DNA of 64,000 nt from Octopus sinensis. Taxonomy: Eukaryota. Every line of letters begins with the position of its first letter. Position 1 is the first letter of the stretch. The stretch is from assembly GCF_006345805.1 (NCBI RefSeq), contig NC_042998.1:110484001-110548000 (forward strand), given 5' to 3'. This document shows positions 1 to 13,727 of this stretch, piece by piece. Below the pieces are notes generated by a model. That model saw nothing but the letters and a program-made list of their open reading frames with translations, was not told the DNA's origin and ran no database searches. The position numbers and the translations under genes were made by a program.

Positions 1-41
1 CTACTTTTAGCAATATCTCCAATAATAATTTAGTTGAACTA

Positions 42-441
42 AGGCGGCGAGCTGGCAGAAACGTTAGCACGCCGGGCGAAATGTTTAGCGCTATTTCGTC
101 TGCCGTTACGTTCTGAGTTCAAAGTCCGATGTCGACTTTGCCTTTCATCCTTTCGGGGTCGATTAAATAAGTACCAGTTACGCACTGGGGTCGATACAAT
201 CGACTTAATCCGTTTGTCTGACCTTGTTTATCCTCTCTGTGTTTAGCCCCTTGTGGGTAGTAAAGAAATAGGTATTTCGTCTGCCGCTACGTTCTGAGTT
301 CAAATTCCGCCGAGATCGACTTTGCCTTTCATCCTTTCGAGGTAGATAAATTAAGTACCGATTGCGTACTGATGTCGATCTAATCGACCGTCCTCCTCCC
401 CAAAATTTCAGGCATTGTGCCTATAGTGGAAAGGATTATTT
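42..441 (+). mobile_element. tRNA-derived SINE family A, tandem/dimeric copy (unit 42-270 plus 5'-truncated unit 271-441)
   Basis: GGCGGCGAGCTGGCAGAA head and GTTCTGAGTTCAAATTCC box-B-like motif. The body gtcgactttgcctttcatcctttcggggtcgat recurs at 11161-11363, 12271-12362, 21810-22015 and 62838-62975. Confidence 0.85.
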
Positions 442-2028
442 ACATTATATTTTTAAAGTTGAAACTTAAACCCTTACGATGCCGTTCACTATCAAAAGTT
501 GCAGAAGTTGTGGTAAGTTTATTTATAAGGAAGAAAGAAAATATGGAGGTAAGGTCTATTGGAAGTGTGCTGATACAAAGTGTAAAGCAAACGTTCATTT
601 AAAACGAATAGTGAAGTGGTTTCTATTTGTAAAATTATAAGTGAGCATACATATCCATCGAATCCTTGCCAACCAAAAGATGCAAGAAGTAATAGCAAAT
701 GTGAAAGAAAATGCACTTAAATTTCTGTTAGCTTCAAGATCTTTGATTGGTGCCGCATACAGGGAATTAGAAGAAGAATGCTCTTTTATGCTATCACCTT
801 CAAGTTTATCAAGAGACATTAGATGGAGAAAGAAGCTCCCTCCTATACCTCGATCAAGAATCGGCTAAGTAATCCCCGAAGAATTTATGCGCCTACAGAA
901 AAGAGATAGATTTTAAATCTACGATCGTGGGGTGCAAAACGAAAACAGAATGTTGATTTTTGGTACAACTGCAAGATTGCACGAACTAGAAATACATAAC
1001 AATTGGGAATGTGATGGAACATTTAAGGTTTGTTTTTAAATTTATTATCAGTTATATACTCTAGATGTCAACATAGGATATGCATGCATCCCACGAATTT
1101 AAGGTATCCTTCCGAATAAGACGCTTGACACATACAGTAGAGTTTTTCAAAAGACAGATTTGCTCGAGCCCCTAAAACCTGAAAATTTAACGATTGATTT
1201 TGAACAAGCTAGTTTTCTAAATTTTTCTGACAGTTTCCCATCTGCAAATGTAATAAGCTGTTTTATTCATTTCTGTGAACATTTTTACAGAAATGTGACA
1301 GATATTGGGCTTAAGTACTAAACTGATTGTGATTTTAACTTTTAACACAAAAGTAAAATGCCTTATGGCACTTGCATTCATCTCGCCTCGAGACACCTAT
1401 AGAGCTTGTGAATGACCATGACTTGCCACAAGAACTTGTGTCATATGTGGAAACGCATTACATTGGTGGGTAGAGAGCAGGGGATCTCGTAGACGTAAAA
1501 TTCTTTCTACTTTTCCTATCGGTCTTTGGAATATGTATGAAAAAGCCGTAAATCAGCTGGCTAACACCAACAATGGAGTAGAGGGTTTCCGTAATGCGCT
1601 GCAAGCATCTGTTACAAATATTCATCCAAATTTATGGAAACATAAATGAGATATGAGAAATTTCTTTCTTAAAAGAAGGTAAACCGTGTAGCAAGAGGAT
1701 AAACTGCAACCAAGAAAAATTACAAACATGTTTATAAGCGCATACTAAGTATTGTCAGAGGTCACGATCAAAATCAAAAACAACATTGTTTGCGTGCAAA
1801 TGATTTTTAGCTTTTTAGTTTTTTAGCCTAGCTTTTAAATAAAGTCTGTGGCCTTCACACTTTTTAAATCAAATGTATGACCTTCATTATTTTTATTTTT
1901 AATTTTTTATCCTTCTCTTTTTATGCTTTGCTACAAAATATCATTGCGGCAAAATATCCGTACGGTGAATAGTCTTACGGCGCATAGTCCTATGGCGAAT
2001 TGCCCAACAGCGAATTGTCCTAGATCCG
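442..2028 (+). pseudogene. Degenerate MULE (Mutator-like) DNA transposon: FLYWCH finger plus DDE transposase, with 3' terminal repeat
   Basis: Manual translation gives GKFIYKEERKYGGKVYWKCADTKC (512-585, FLYWCH), WECDGTFKV (D at 1013), TIDFEQA (D at 1196), SCFIHF (CxxH) and TNNGVEGF (E, ~1580), with many stops and frameshifts. Subterminal ggcgaat(t/a)gtcc-like repeats at 1945-2027 end in ..ctagatcc. Confidence 0.9.
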
Positions 2029-2029
2029 A

Positions 2030-3270
2030 TATTCTCGCCATGTTATAGATTGATCTGGAACCTTGTCAAGTTGTTTCTTGAAGGTCAAGATGTTTCTTGA
2101 AAACATCTAACTCTATTCCATGAAGATATCTCAGATGTTTTGGCAAGGCATTAAATAGCCGGGACTCATTGAACAGTGAGCTAATTATCTTCTAAGAATT
2201 GATCAACTTCCTCCTGACAATGTGTTACATGACTCTGCCGACATGCGAGTCTAGTGAGATGGAGTAATAAATTAGAGAATTCGCAGTTTCTTCAATTATG
2301 GATAGAATATACTACGCCTTCCTTTAAACTTCTAGGAAGTCTCTCATTTGTAAGGAAGCTTTGGAAGAGGATCTGCTAGTGGTTTGCTAGAGCCCTTTTC
2401 CATTTCTTTAGAAGGATTGCTGAGAATCCATTAAGGTCTTTTGCTGAATGAAAGGCTGATATTACATCAGTTTTTCTCAATTTCGATGTAAGCAATAATT
2501 GCCATCACTTTATGTAGAGCTGGTGTACCGAATAATCTGTCAAGATAGCTATATGCAAGTGTCCCAACTTAGTTGGGGCAAGTATTTTGTACTACACATT
2601 CAATATTTCATTTATCCACCGGGTATCTGCAATCAGTGAGCCATTTTCCTTCAACAGTAGCCATATCTTGTACCATACTGAAGTAGACTCTCTTGCAAAT
2701 CTATAGACGTTTTTAGGGTTTGTGTTTACATTTTTACAGCCCAACCTTCTTTCTTCGCCTTCCTCTTTTCATGTGTTTGAGTTCACTTTTAAACACACGC
2801 AATGTTTGTTTGAGAGAGAAGTTTTCGCTATCCATTAGGAAACCATTTACACGGTTCGAGATTTGTGCGCATCGTGTCATCAGAATCTTTCTGTCCCTCT
2901 TCTGTCAGTTTGACATTCTCTCTGGAGCTAACGTACTGCATATATCATACGTAATTGTCATAAAATGCTGTAGCTATGTGTCAATATCCTGCGTAGAGAA
3001 TGGTACATTAGTTGTGGTTCATGACTTCTTTCTCAATGGCCTTACGATCAGCTTTATAAAGTTTAAGACTGGTAGAGGGGTTGGGTGATTCTTGTAACCT
3101 GCATGTCTGCAATTTTCTACGAACCATACATTTTTAGTTCTATTAAGCTATAGTCCACGAACATAGTCTGTGTCACCACAAGATTCTGGTCCAGAACATT
3201 GTAATTCCGTTTTGGATGCAGACGTATAAGCTAGTCGAAGTGCAAGTATGTGAGGTCGAGCAGTGAGTCT
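2030..3270 (-). mobile_element. Internally deleted CR1/L2/Jockey-group LINE ORF2 relic
   Basis: Minus-strand translation: NGFSAILLKKWKRALA..QILFQSFL..RLPRSLKEGVVYSIH (start of RT, ~2300-2440), then almost directly the C-terminal SRLFNALPKHLRYLHGIELDVFKKHLD (~2080-2165). Confidence 0.75.
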
Positions 3271-3276
3271 CTATGC

Positions 3277-3458
<182 letters not shown>

Positions 3459-4519
3459 TAGATATGTCTTTATTTATGTTTGTATGTGTTAAGTGTATGC
3501 ATAAACACATACACACGTATATATATATATATATATATTCATACAGAGAGAGAGAGAGAGTATATAAAATGGAGATGCAGTAAATGCATGTTTTAAAATT
3601 CTACAATGAAACATTTTACCACTAATGCACCTTGGTATCAACAATGCATTTGAATGTATTGCCCAAGCAAATATAGAAAATTTAAGCAGTGTATCCTGAT
3701 AATTCTTTTCACCACGATGCGACATTTTGAGACAAATGATTATTTACCATCACTCTTAGAGTAATGAACACGCCAAAAAAGCATACTTACAGCGCAGGAT
3801 ATATTTTCTGGGAGCAACGGGGAAGGACTGAATTTAATATGTATTCTTCTGTCAGTAGTATTTTACATAATGTAGCCGCTTTCTCAGCAATTTAGTAAAG
3901 TAGATATTTATTTATATCATAAAGCGTGAGCTTTTTGCGAAATTTCTGTAATGGTGACTGCCACACTGTCATCTAATTAAATATAGGAGGAAATTTTACC
4001 ATCAACATATTTTGAGAAATCTTCCGTTAATATTTATAAAGAATCAACAACTAACAGAATGTTACAGAAACATACCTCGAACTTGGATCGAAATATATTT
4101 GATGGTTTTCAAATACATTTTTACAGTCTTTTTATGACTCCTAAGAAGTATACAACACAGGAGAATTTAAATAAACGGTGAAAGCTAACACGATAAATTA
4201 TTTCAGAATGTATCAAGTATGTTGCTAGTTCTATTTTTTCTTTGTGTAGGCAGAAAACGTCAGACCTTTGAATTCCTTCCACTAATGTACCCACCACTCT
4301 CCAGTGACATAAACACTTGTATAAAAATATATACAGTGTAAGATACATAGACTAGAAGATAAGTAGATACGTTTTACATCATTTGTAAAAGTATTCTTCT
4401 TATTGAAATTTCTCTGTATCCAAAGGAATTTTATAGCCTGGAGAAATTTGCAAATATATTTTATACACTTTTCGAAACTTGCATTAATCAATAAAATATA
4501 TGATTTATTATACATATAC

Positions 4520-4880
<361 letters not shown>

Positions 4881-6817
4881 GAATTTATATATATTACGAA
4901 AAGTGTCATATCCTTGTATTACATTCAAAAATTATCAAATGTGAAAATGATTTTTTTCAATATCAGTAGTGAGGGAAATGTTACTTGAATAACTGGCACA
5001 AATTTTTGGTCGTTTTACTAAAGTAAATTTTTATGGGATAAATATTCTCAAACAATTTTGTACGACATGATGCCAGAAAATAGAGTGACATGTGTTAAAC
5101 AGGTAATTTTTGCTTTTTCTCGTTTTGTTAATATAGTTTAATCCGTTTACTTGTTCCACTTGTTGGTCTATGGCCATCCTGGTCTATCGCTTTCAAGGAT
5201 TATTATTCTCTATATTTTCCGTGTACCATATTCCCTTACCAGGAATCTTTGAACGTGATGCTACTCCAGACGAAGCAGACCATAAGGGAAACTCATGTGG
5301 ATCAGATTCGAAGAAATGTTTAATAAATGAACTTCTTACCCACACCTTTATACTTGTGTTTAATCTCAATTTTTGCAAAATGTGTACAGATCTCTTCCGT
5401 ACATAAATATAAATTTCATACACTGCATTTTACTATTTGTGGCGATGCAATGTAGAAAATTATATAAGCAACACGAAAAAAGATGGTACATTTTATAGAC
5501 TATAAAAAGTCGAGAGATTAATAGAAATTAGTCTGCAGGCGCCACACTTTAGCATGTTTTTCAAACGGCCCGATAGGAACCGTTGTCGTGCTAGCTTTTA
5601 ACATACAAGACTTACACGTTTCTGTTCTTACTAATGCCTAAAGATAATGTTATCTTGAACATAGAAACCTTTGTATCGTACGAATCCATAAGCTTTAAAG
5701 TAATTATCTGCGTTTGGTTAAGGCGTTTTTACAGACTGCATATACTGTCATAGTTGTAAAATTAACTTTCTGCAGTTATTTTTTGAGGAAAGTTTTGGAA
5801 TGCCCGAATTATATGTTTAGTTTTACTATGCGTAAAACAAAGGTACTGATTTGATATGAAATTCACTCAAGTTAGAGAAACTCCAGCAGCAGACGTTCTC
5901 ATGAAACGGCTTTGTAATTTTCAACTATTTCATATCTTTATATTTTGTTTAACGTCGCATAATGTCTAATTCACGCTAATGTCTAATTCACGCTACTTAA
6001 GTTTAGCGGTTTGCCGTCTCGGAAGTTAGATTTCATTCAATTTGCTGTGGTAATATAAAAATGTAACAACAAATGGTAAACCCGATTTCCATTAGATGAA
6101 CAAAGTGTGATATGTCACGAATGTAACATAAGGAGGCGAAAAGCTTCAAACATATGAAATTATCGAAGCAATTAATAGTCAACATATATTTCAAATCAAA
6201 AAACAAAAAGAGTAAACAGATTGATTAGCTTTTGTTTATAGAAGACAGGCAATATAGGTTGCAATGAATCTGATATTTAAAAATAATTGTGGAAATGATG
6301 GATGCGTTTCGGTCTTTTTAGGCATCCTCAGTCAAAAATAATCTACCTAGCAAAACTAAGAACGATCAGTATATAGACAGAAATCTAGGAAATTTTAGTG
6401 ACAGTAATTTTGAATATCAGTAATAGATACCGGTGTAAAATACTGAATAAAATAGCGTAGGTGTCTCATACGTAATGTAAGGAGTTGAAAAGGTTTAACC
6501 AAATATGATTATCAGAATAATTATTATAGACTGTTCTTTAGTGATGATTGAAATGTAAACACAAACACCGGAGAAAACTCCGGCAGACGACGTTGATTTG
6601 CATTAGAATTTTAGAGAAATGTCTCAAAAACTAACGATAGTTGGATTCATGATGATTATTATATTTGAACCCAACTTATTGAACATTCCAAGTAAAATGT
6701 TCATCAATATAGCTGAGGAATCACCTTTCAGGTGTTACATACATACACACATATAAATGCACAAGCACACACAAATACATACACACAAAAACACAAAAAC
6801 ACATATGCATATGTATG

Positions 6818-6884
<67 letters not shown>

Positions 6885-6916
6885 ATATATATATATATAT
6901 ATAATATATATAATAT

Positions 6917-6960
<44 letters not shown>

Positions 6961-7052
6961 CATACACACACTCACACACACGCGCGCACACACACACACA
7001 CAACACACACACACACACACACACGCACACATATATATATATATATATATAT

Positions 7053-7111
<59 letters not shown>

Positions 7112-7539
7112 GTTTTATGTGTTCCAGATTTACATTGCGACCATGGTAGAGTACAGACTTGAATGATTTTAGTCGAAGAATTTTAGATTCATCACAGTGA
7201 TTTTTTTAAGAGTCATACTTATTGTTTCGTATCCTTTCGTCGTACCGCTAGTTTACGTGGATGCAAGCACACAAACACATCTGTTAAACGTCAGTGAGGC
7301 ACAAAGATACATACACACACACGTGTGTATACACATACACATATATTCATTTGTATATATATACACCAGGTTTCTTTCAGTTTTGCGTTACAGAACCTGC
7401 TTCTGTAATGCAAAAACAATTTGAAGCTCGAATTTTTATAGTGTGTACATAAGATGATATTTCTCTCTCACTGGAGAGATAACTTTATGTCAATCTAACC
7501 TTAACAAAACAGTAATATCCTCGCTCTCTTTTTCTCTCG

Positions 7540-7622
<83 letters not shown>

Positions 7623-7640
7623 TATATGTGTGTGTGTGTA

Positions 7641-7795
7641 TAGGGAGAGTTCACGAAAAAACAAAAGACGAAGACAGGTGGTGTACAAAACAAACAGATG
7701 TATTAGTATAACGCTCAGGAATAGAAAAAGTCTTGTTTCGAGCTTACGTTCTTCTACAGAATGGGACACAGAAAAAAAAACAAGGAGAGAAACAA
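7641..7795 (-). mobile_element. ~200-bp microsatellite-associated repeat with a minimal hammerhead-like motif (Penelope pLTR-like), copy 1
   Basis: Homologous to 8543-8670 (+) and 37930-38132 (-); contains the reverse complement of CTGTAGAAGAACGTAAGCTCGAAAC. Confidence 0.7.
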
Positions 7796-8089
7796 TAATT
7801 TAATAGTCACAATACATATTTTTATGTGCTACTAATAGTTTCTTGTTCTGAGAACACGCCAAATAATGAATTATATGATGTGTAGCATCTCTGCACACTC
7901 AGCAGGCACAAACTGCATAGCATAACGAAATAAAAATTGAACAGAAGGAACGCAAAAGTTCAAGAAGGAAGCATATAGAAAACGTGGAAGAATAAAAAAC
8001 GTAAAACGAAAAAGTATTCAAAAATAAAAACGTAAAATTGTTATTACCCCCATAGACCATTTTTACCTTATAATCACGGTATTATTACA

Positions 8090-8170
8090 CGCCAAGGGCA
8101 CCACTCTGACATTACTGAACCCGAAACCATGTGGTTGGGAGGGAAACGTATTACCACACATCCATACCTG
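8090..8170 (-). mobile_element. SINE family B, head fragment
   Basis: ctgaacccgaaaccatgtggttggg..accacacatcc is the reverse complement of the family B tRNA-like head. Confidence 0.7.
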
Positions 8171-8463
8171 AGTGTGATTTTGTATGTGTGTATGTATATT
8201 CTTTTATTATTCTTTTGCTTGTTTGAGCAATCTAACAGCGGCCACGCTGCAGCATCACATTTAGTCGAACAAATCGACCCCAGGTCTTATTCTTTTTAAG
8301 CCTAGTAATTATTTTATCGGCCTCTTTTGCCGAACCGCTAAGTTTCCGGGACTTAAACGTATCAACATCGGTTGTCAAGCATTGGTGGGTGAGCAAACAT
8401 AAACACACAAATACATACATACATACACACATACATAGCTCGTCATATATATACATACATATG

Positions 8464-8510
<47 letters not shown>

Positions 8511-8542
8511 GCATATATAATATACATACATATATATATATA

Positions 8543-8668
8543 TTCGCTATGATAGATCGCTAGCCACTAAACCTTTTTCTACTTTCTCTCCATGTTTATT
8601 TTCTGTGGAAGAGTGTAGGCTCGAAACGTAAAAGACTTTCTCACTTCCCGAGCTGTAAACTAACACAT

Positions 8669-8670
<2 letters not shown>
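8543..8670 (+). mobile_element. ~200-bp hammerhead-like repeat, copy 2
   Basis: TTTT-CTGTGGA-A-GAGT-GTAG-GCTC-GAAACGTA-AAAG at 8599-8634, flanked by (TA)n. Confidence 0.7.
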
Positions 8671-8752
<82 letters not shown>

Positions 8753-8757
<5 letters not shown>

Positions 8758-9318
8758 GATATTTTCGATCTAGTTTGAATTCTCTGCCATCAAATTTGAA
8801 TTCTTTGAAATCAAATTTGAAATTTTCAATTGGCGCTCAGGCCTTGAAAAAAAAAGTTAAACTACACCAGCCGTAAGGGAATACTTGTCTATCTTATCTA
8901 ACTCGTCCAGTAGAGCCCACCAATTTATATGTGAAAAATTCGATGAAATAACTCATTAACACTGTGATAGCTTCTACCAAAAGGTGCTCCGTTATGTTGA
9001 CTGGTCTGACAAGGGGAGATAATAAACGAATGATTCTTTTTCTATTATCTCCCCTTGTTCAAACCAGTCGACGTAACGGAGCATCTTTTGGTAGAAGCTA
9101 TCGCAGTGTTCATGAGTTATTTCATCGAACTTTTCACATATCAATTGGTGGGCTCTACTGAACGAGTTAAATAAGACAGACATTTATTCCCTTATGGCTG
9201 GTGTAGTTTAACTACTTTTTTTTTCAAGGCTTGAGCACCAATTGAAACATTCAAATTAGATTGCAAAGAATTCAAATTTGATGGCAAAGAATCCAAATTA
9301 GATCGAAAATATCTATAT
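8753..9318. mobile_element. Foldback/MITE-like element: ~270-bp inverted arms with an ~18-nt loop
   Basis: atatagatattttcgatc...aaggggagataata [loop ~9025-9042] tattatctcccctt...gatcgaaaatatctatat; the arms are complementary along their whole length. Confidence 0.92.
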
Positions 9319-11160
9319 GTATACGACGAGCTTCTTTCAGGCTTTCATCAGCCCGTGGTTTAAAGCAGAAGTCACTTGCCTAAGGTGCGACGCAGTGGGA
9401 CTGAACCTGGCACCATGTGGTTGGGATGCAAGCTTCATACAACATAGCCACGCCTACGCCTATACCTATAAGCGTATGTGTGTGAGTGCGCGCACGCGTG
9501 TATGTATATATCTATGCGAAAAAAGAGAAAAGGTGAGATGGAGAGGGTGAGAGGGAGAGAAAGAGAAAGAGTGAGAAAGAGTGGGGTGGAGAGAAAGATA
9601 ATGAGAGAGAGGTAGAGAGAGAAAAGAGAATGATAGAGATTCATATTTCTAAAGAACTTATGGACCATTGAATAATGTTTATTTCATTGGGCCATAGCAG
9701 ACGGAATACTTAATTGAATTGTTAGAATATTTTCGTTTCCAGCATCCCCCATCCCAAAACACAATAAATAAAGAGACTAAGTCACTGGGGATGACTTACT
9801 AGAGCATTACGGTCTTAGGTACACCATATACACAAATATTTACAGAAAATTAATGTTAAAATGACTCATATATATAGTACCACTTTAAAAAAAAATAACT
9901 CCTGTTGATTACCCTAAGAGCCCCTTGAAAACAAGCCATAAATTAATAGACCAATTTTTTTAATACTTATTTATCAAATTGCATTAAAGCATAGTATGAA
10001 CATTTTCATTATTTATATCTCTACCACATTTATAGAAATACTTTCAGTGACATACCGTTTCCAAGTTTAGTCAATACGTATAATGACCTAAAAATGAAAG
10101 ATTTCGAAATGCCAGGGTTTAAATCAATTGTTGCAATTGATAACGAGCGATTTTTTTAATGTTTTCTTTGCAAGCTTAAACACACATAATTCGCATACTT
10201 GTAGACGATATGATGTATTTTTTCTCTCAGATGAAGAGGTCCCATACCAAATTGCTATCATCTATCGGTTGTATAAAATAATCAATATTTTTACAGCCAT
10301 TTAATGCAATAATTCATTCACTAATGATAAATTATTCAATCAATTGCCATTTAATAAAAGAAGAAAACGTAAACGTGTTTAATTTCGATTTCTTAAAGAG
10401 ACAGACCTGAAGCGTGTAAATATCGGATATATTATATTAACTGTGAGACTGAGGGCAATTTTCCTCTTTATATTATAGCTTACTCACATTCGATTTACAA
10501 CACCTTTGTGTAGTGATTGGAAGGAGGCGTGTCTGCTCTGATTCATTGACGTAATATATTCAGTTTGGTTTAGATTGCAACCACCACCCATATCCATCTG
10601 AGATAACAGTATCGATAGTTGCTTTTAGAAAATAATAAATGTGACTGAAAGTTAGACAAGTGCATATATGTTCAAATTATATTCCACATGTAATGATTGA
10701 ATCTAACATTATTTCTAATTTCTATTGAAATAACCTATGGAGAGTAGAGGTTGAAGAAGAAAATTTAGAATGATTATCTGGTTGTCTGTGAAAATTTTAC
10801 GCGGCAGCTATGTGATTCCGAGTTTGATTCTACAGTAGAACATACACGAAGACCATATAACACTGCCTCAAAACAACATAAATCTTATAAATAAAATTCG
10901 GCTGAGGGATTACGTTAGGGATTCTGTATTAGACAAACAGACAGACATACAGACACATACAGACACATACAGACACACAGACACACTCTCTCTCACACAC
11001 ACACACACACAAACACACACAAATGGCTTTTATGACTCCTCTTTGTAACGGGACACCTTGATGCATAGGTGAACAGTCAACGACGTTCGAGGACATAAAG
11101 ATTTAAGGTGTTGGTGAGAAAAAGTTATCTGATATGGAGAACTGGAATCCATCTGAATAT

Positions 11161-11363
11161 TCTTTCCTACACTAGGCACAAATTTTGTGGGGAGGGGGTA
11201 GTCAATTAGATTGACTCCAGTACGCAACTGATACTTGATTTATTGACCCCGAAAGGATGAAAGGCAAAGTCAAACGCGGCGGAATTTGAACTCAGAACGC
11301 AAAGACAGACGAAATACTGTTAAGCATTTAGCTCAGCGTGCCAACGTTTCCGCCAGCTCGCCC
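11161..11363 (-). mobile_element. SINE family A
   Basis: gaaaggatgaaaggcaaagtc..gaatttgaactcagaacg..ccagctcgcc. Confidence 0.85.
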
Positions 11364-12270
11364 GTATACCTGCATACATCGGAATATTGGAAAAAGAGTA
11401 ACATGTTCTATGGCGATTCGTGCCGGGTGTCAAAATTCTGACATCATGACTGTTGATCAGTATTCAGCGGAAGAGGCTGCGAAGCCGTAACCAGCATGAT
11501 GGGACACAGTAAGTATTTTGAGTGCATTCGCATGTCGGAATTCATCACCGCATTTTCTTTGAACAGGGTAATAGGCTGAATTTATGTGAAGCTGCTGTAG
11601 ATTGAGATTAGTCCCTAATAGGGGAGAGTTACTACTGGAAAGCCATACGCGTGGCAGCATATTTTGCTTATTTGTCATATCTCCAGAAAGCGTCGGATGT
11701 GGTTGCTTGAGAACTTGTACAACATCACCAACCCCAATTTCGGACCTCCTTAATTTACTCGATTATAATCGACCACCTCATTCACTTTATATGTCTTTTA
11801 ATTTCAACGTCTGTCAATCCTGTTACCTATTCTCTTTCCCCTCTCAGTCTTTCTTCGTGCCTGTTTGTCTATATCTTTCTACTTACTCGTGCATTCCTAC
11901 TCTTTCTTTACTTTATACTTCCCTTCTCTCTTTCCCATTCTTTGTCTTTCCATCTACTATCTTATACCATTTCTTTATCTCTTTAAAAAGTACCACGTGA
12001 ACATCCTGTTTGTACAACGAATTATCCTTCTTGGCTTGACCGTCTTCTTGCTCAGTTGTTTTTGGTTTTATTTTTTTTTTCCAGATTCTGCCTATAATTT
12101 TAGATTTAGTTCCATCACATGGTTTGCAAGCAACTTACCTTGTTTTTCTGCGTATATTTTTCTAAACTGCCACACTCTTCCTATTAGTCTCACTTTCGCA
12201 CATGTTCTGCTTTTATTCTCCCGCAAAACCAGGAGGACTTCTATTTATATAAATACATGTCATTTATTAT

Positions 12271-12362
12271 AGGATGAAAGGCAAAGTCGACCTCGGCGGA
12301 TTTTGAACTCGGAACGTAAAGACAGACGAGATACCGCTAAACAGCTGCCAGTTCGCCGCCTT
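12271..12362 (-). mobile_element. SINE family A fragment
   Basis: ggatgaaaggcaaagtcgacctcggcgga..ccagttcgccgcc. Confidence 0.8.
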
Positions 12363-12550
12363 ATAAATTGAACAATATTATCAATAACGCTTCAAAATGG
12401 TATTGATTTTTATTAATAACACATGTGGGGTGAGCGTGTTTTTGTGTGTGTTTTCCTGTTTTCTGAATATAGATTCATCGTTCTTTTGTACCACATTTTA
12501 TTGTGAGTGTGGGTGCGTGTGTGCGTGCGTGTGCGTCATTAAATATAAGG

Positions 12551-12910
12551 GTGGCTATGTGGTAAGAAACTTGCTTCCCAACCACATGGTTCCGGTTTCA
12601 GTCCTACTGCGTAGCAGCTTGGACAAGTGTCTTCAACTATGGCCTCGGGCCGACAAAAGCGTTATGAGCGGATTTGGTGGATGGAAACTCAAAGAAGCTC
12701 ATCGTATACATACATATGTATATGTGTGTGCGTGTGTGTGTGTGTCTTAGTGTCTGTGTTTCTCCCCACATCACCGTTTGACGACTGGTGTTAGTGTGTT
12801 TACGTCCCCATAACTTAGCAATTCGACAAAAGACCCCGATAGAATAAGTATCACGCCTGAAAAGCTTATTTCTGGAGTTGTTCGACGAAAATTTCAAGGC
12901 GGTGCCCCAG
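12551..12910 (+). mobile_element. SINE family B, uninterrupted head (empty target site)
   Basis: gtggctatgtggtaagaaacttgcttcccaaccacatggttccggtttcagtcc (box A/box B-like), internal (TA/TG)n and conserved body. Confidence 0.9.
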
Positions 12911-12941
12911 CTTTATTATTTACTTGTAAATAATAAAGATA

Positions 12942-13039
<98 letters not shown>

Positions 13040-13676
13040 CAAACATTCATGCATATTCATGTTCGATAGCTTTCGGAATAAATTTGAATAAAAGTTGGTT
13101 GAATTAAACTTTAAAAGATGCGTCGTAAGTGTCCAGAGATTGTAATGCAATGTAAGTTTGGAATTCTGCTTTATGCACACCATATAAGTCCACATGATTT
13201 TTTTTTTTTTGAATTTTCAGAAAACTTTTGTCAATTTGTTTTCTGCACACAGGAATTCATATGATTTTGCCAAAAAAAAAAAAAAAAATGGGGATGCGTG
13301 ATTTAGCCCTTAGTTTTAGCACATCTTACCAACCAATGAATTGAAAATATTTGTCAACACGTCTTTTCTCGCAGACAAAATGGTTCTCATGCTTGGCTTC
13401 TTACTATGGAGACAGGCATGAACGTGTCTGTGGTTTACGATTGGCTAAATTTACCCGAACTTTGAAAATTTTAAAAGCCATTAACTTTTTATTTATTGAT
13501 TTATGACGAAAATTGATTTCAAGACATTGATTGGCATATAAAACTATATCATTAAACCGAATATGAAATCTATTGGAAAAAAAATTGAAGAGATTGAAGA
13601 TTGGCATCCAAACAAAAGATCCCCACTAACGCTGCTCCCCACCCAAATTTCAGGCCTAATGCCTTTAGTAAAAAGG

Positions 13677-13707
<31 letters not shown>

Positions 13708-13727
13708 TATTATTATTATTATTATTA

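Larger units (their letters stand above)
8200..9460 (-). mobile_element. SINE family B copy (head 9320-9460, body 8200-8410) whose internal microsatellite hosts nested insertions
   Basis: Head gggactgaacctggcaccatgtggttggg and body cttttgccgaaccgctaag..tttagtcgaacaaatcgacccc match the intact copies at 12551-12910 and 55656-56100. Confidence 0.8.

Noticed and set aside
5960-5994. 17-bp direct tandem duplication
   Set aside because: Ordinary slippage duplication with no associated element.
10510-10560. Promoter-like cluster (ATTGG, GGAGGCGTG, TGACGTAA)
   Set aside because: Short motifs are expected by chance in 64 kb and no downstream gene was identified.
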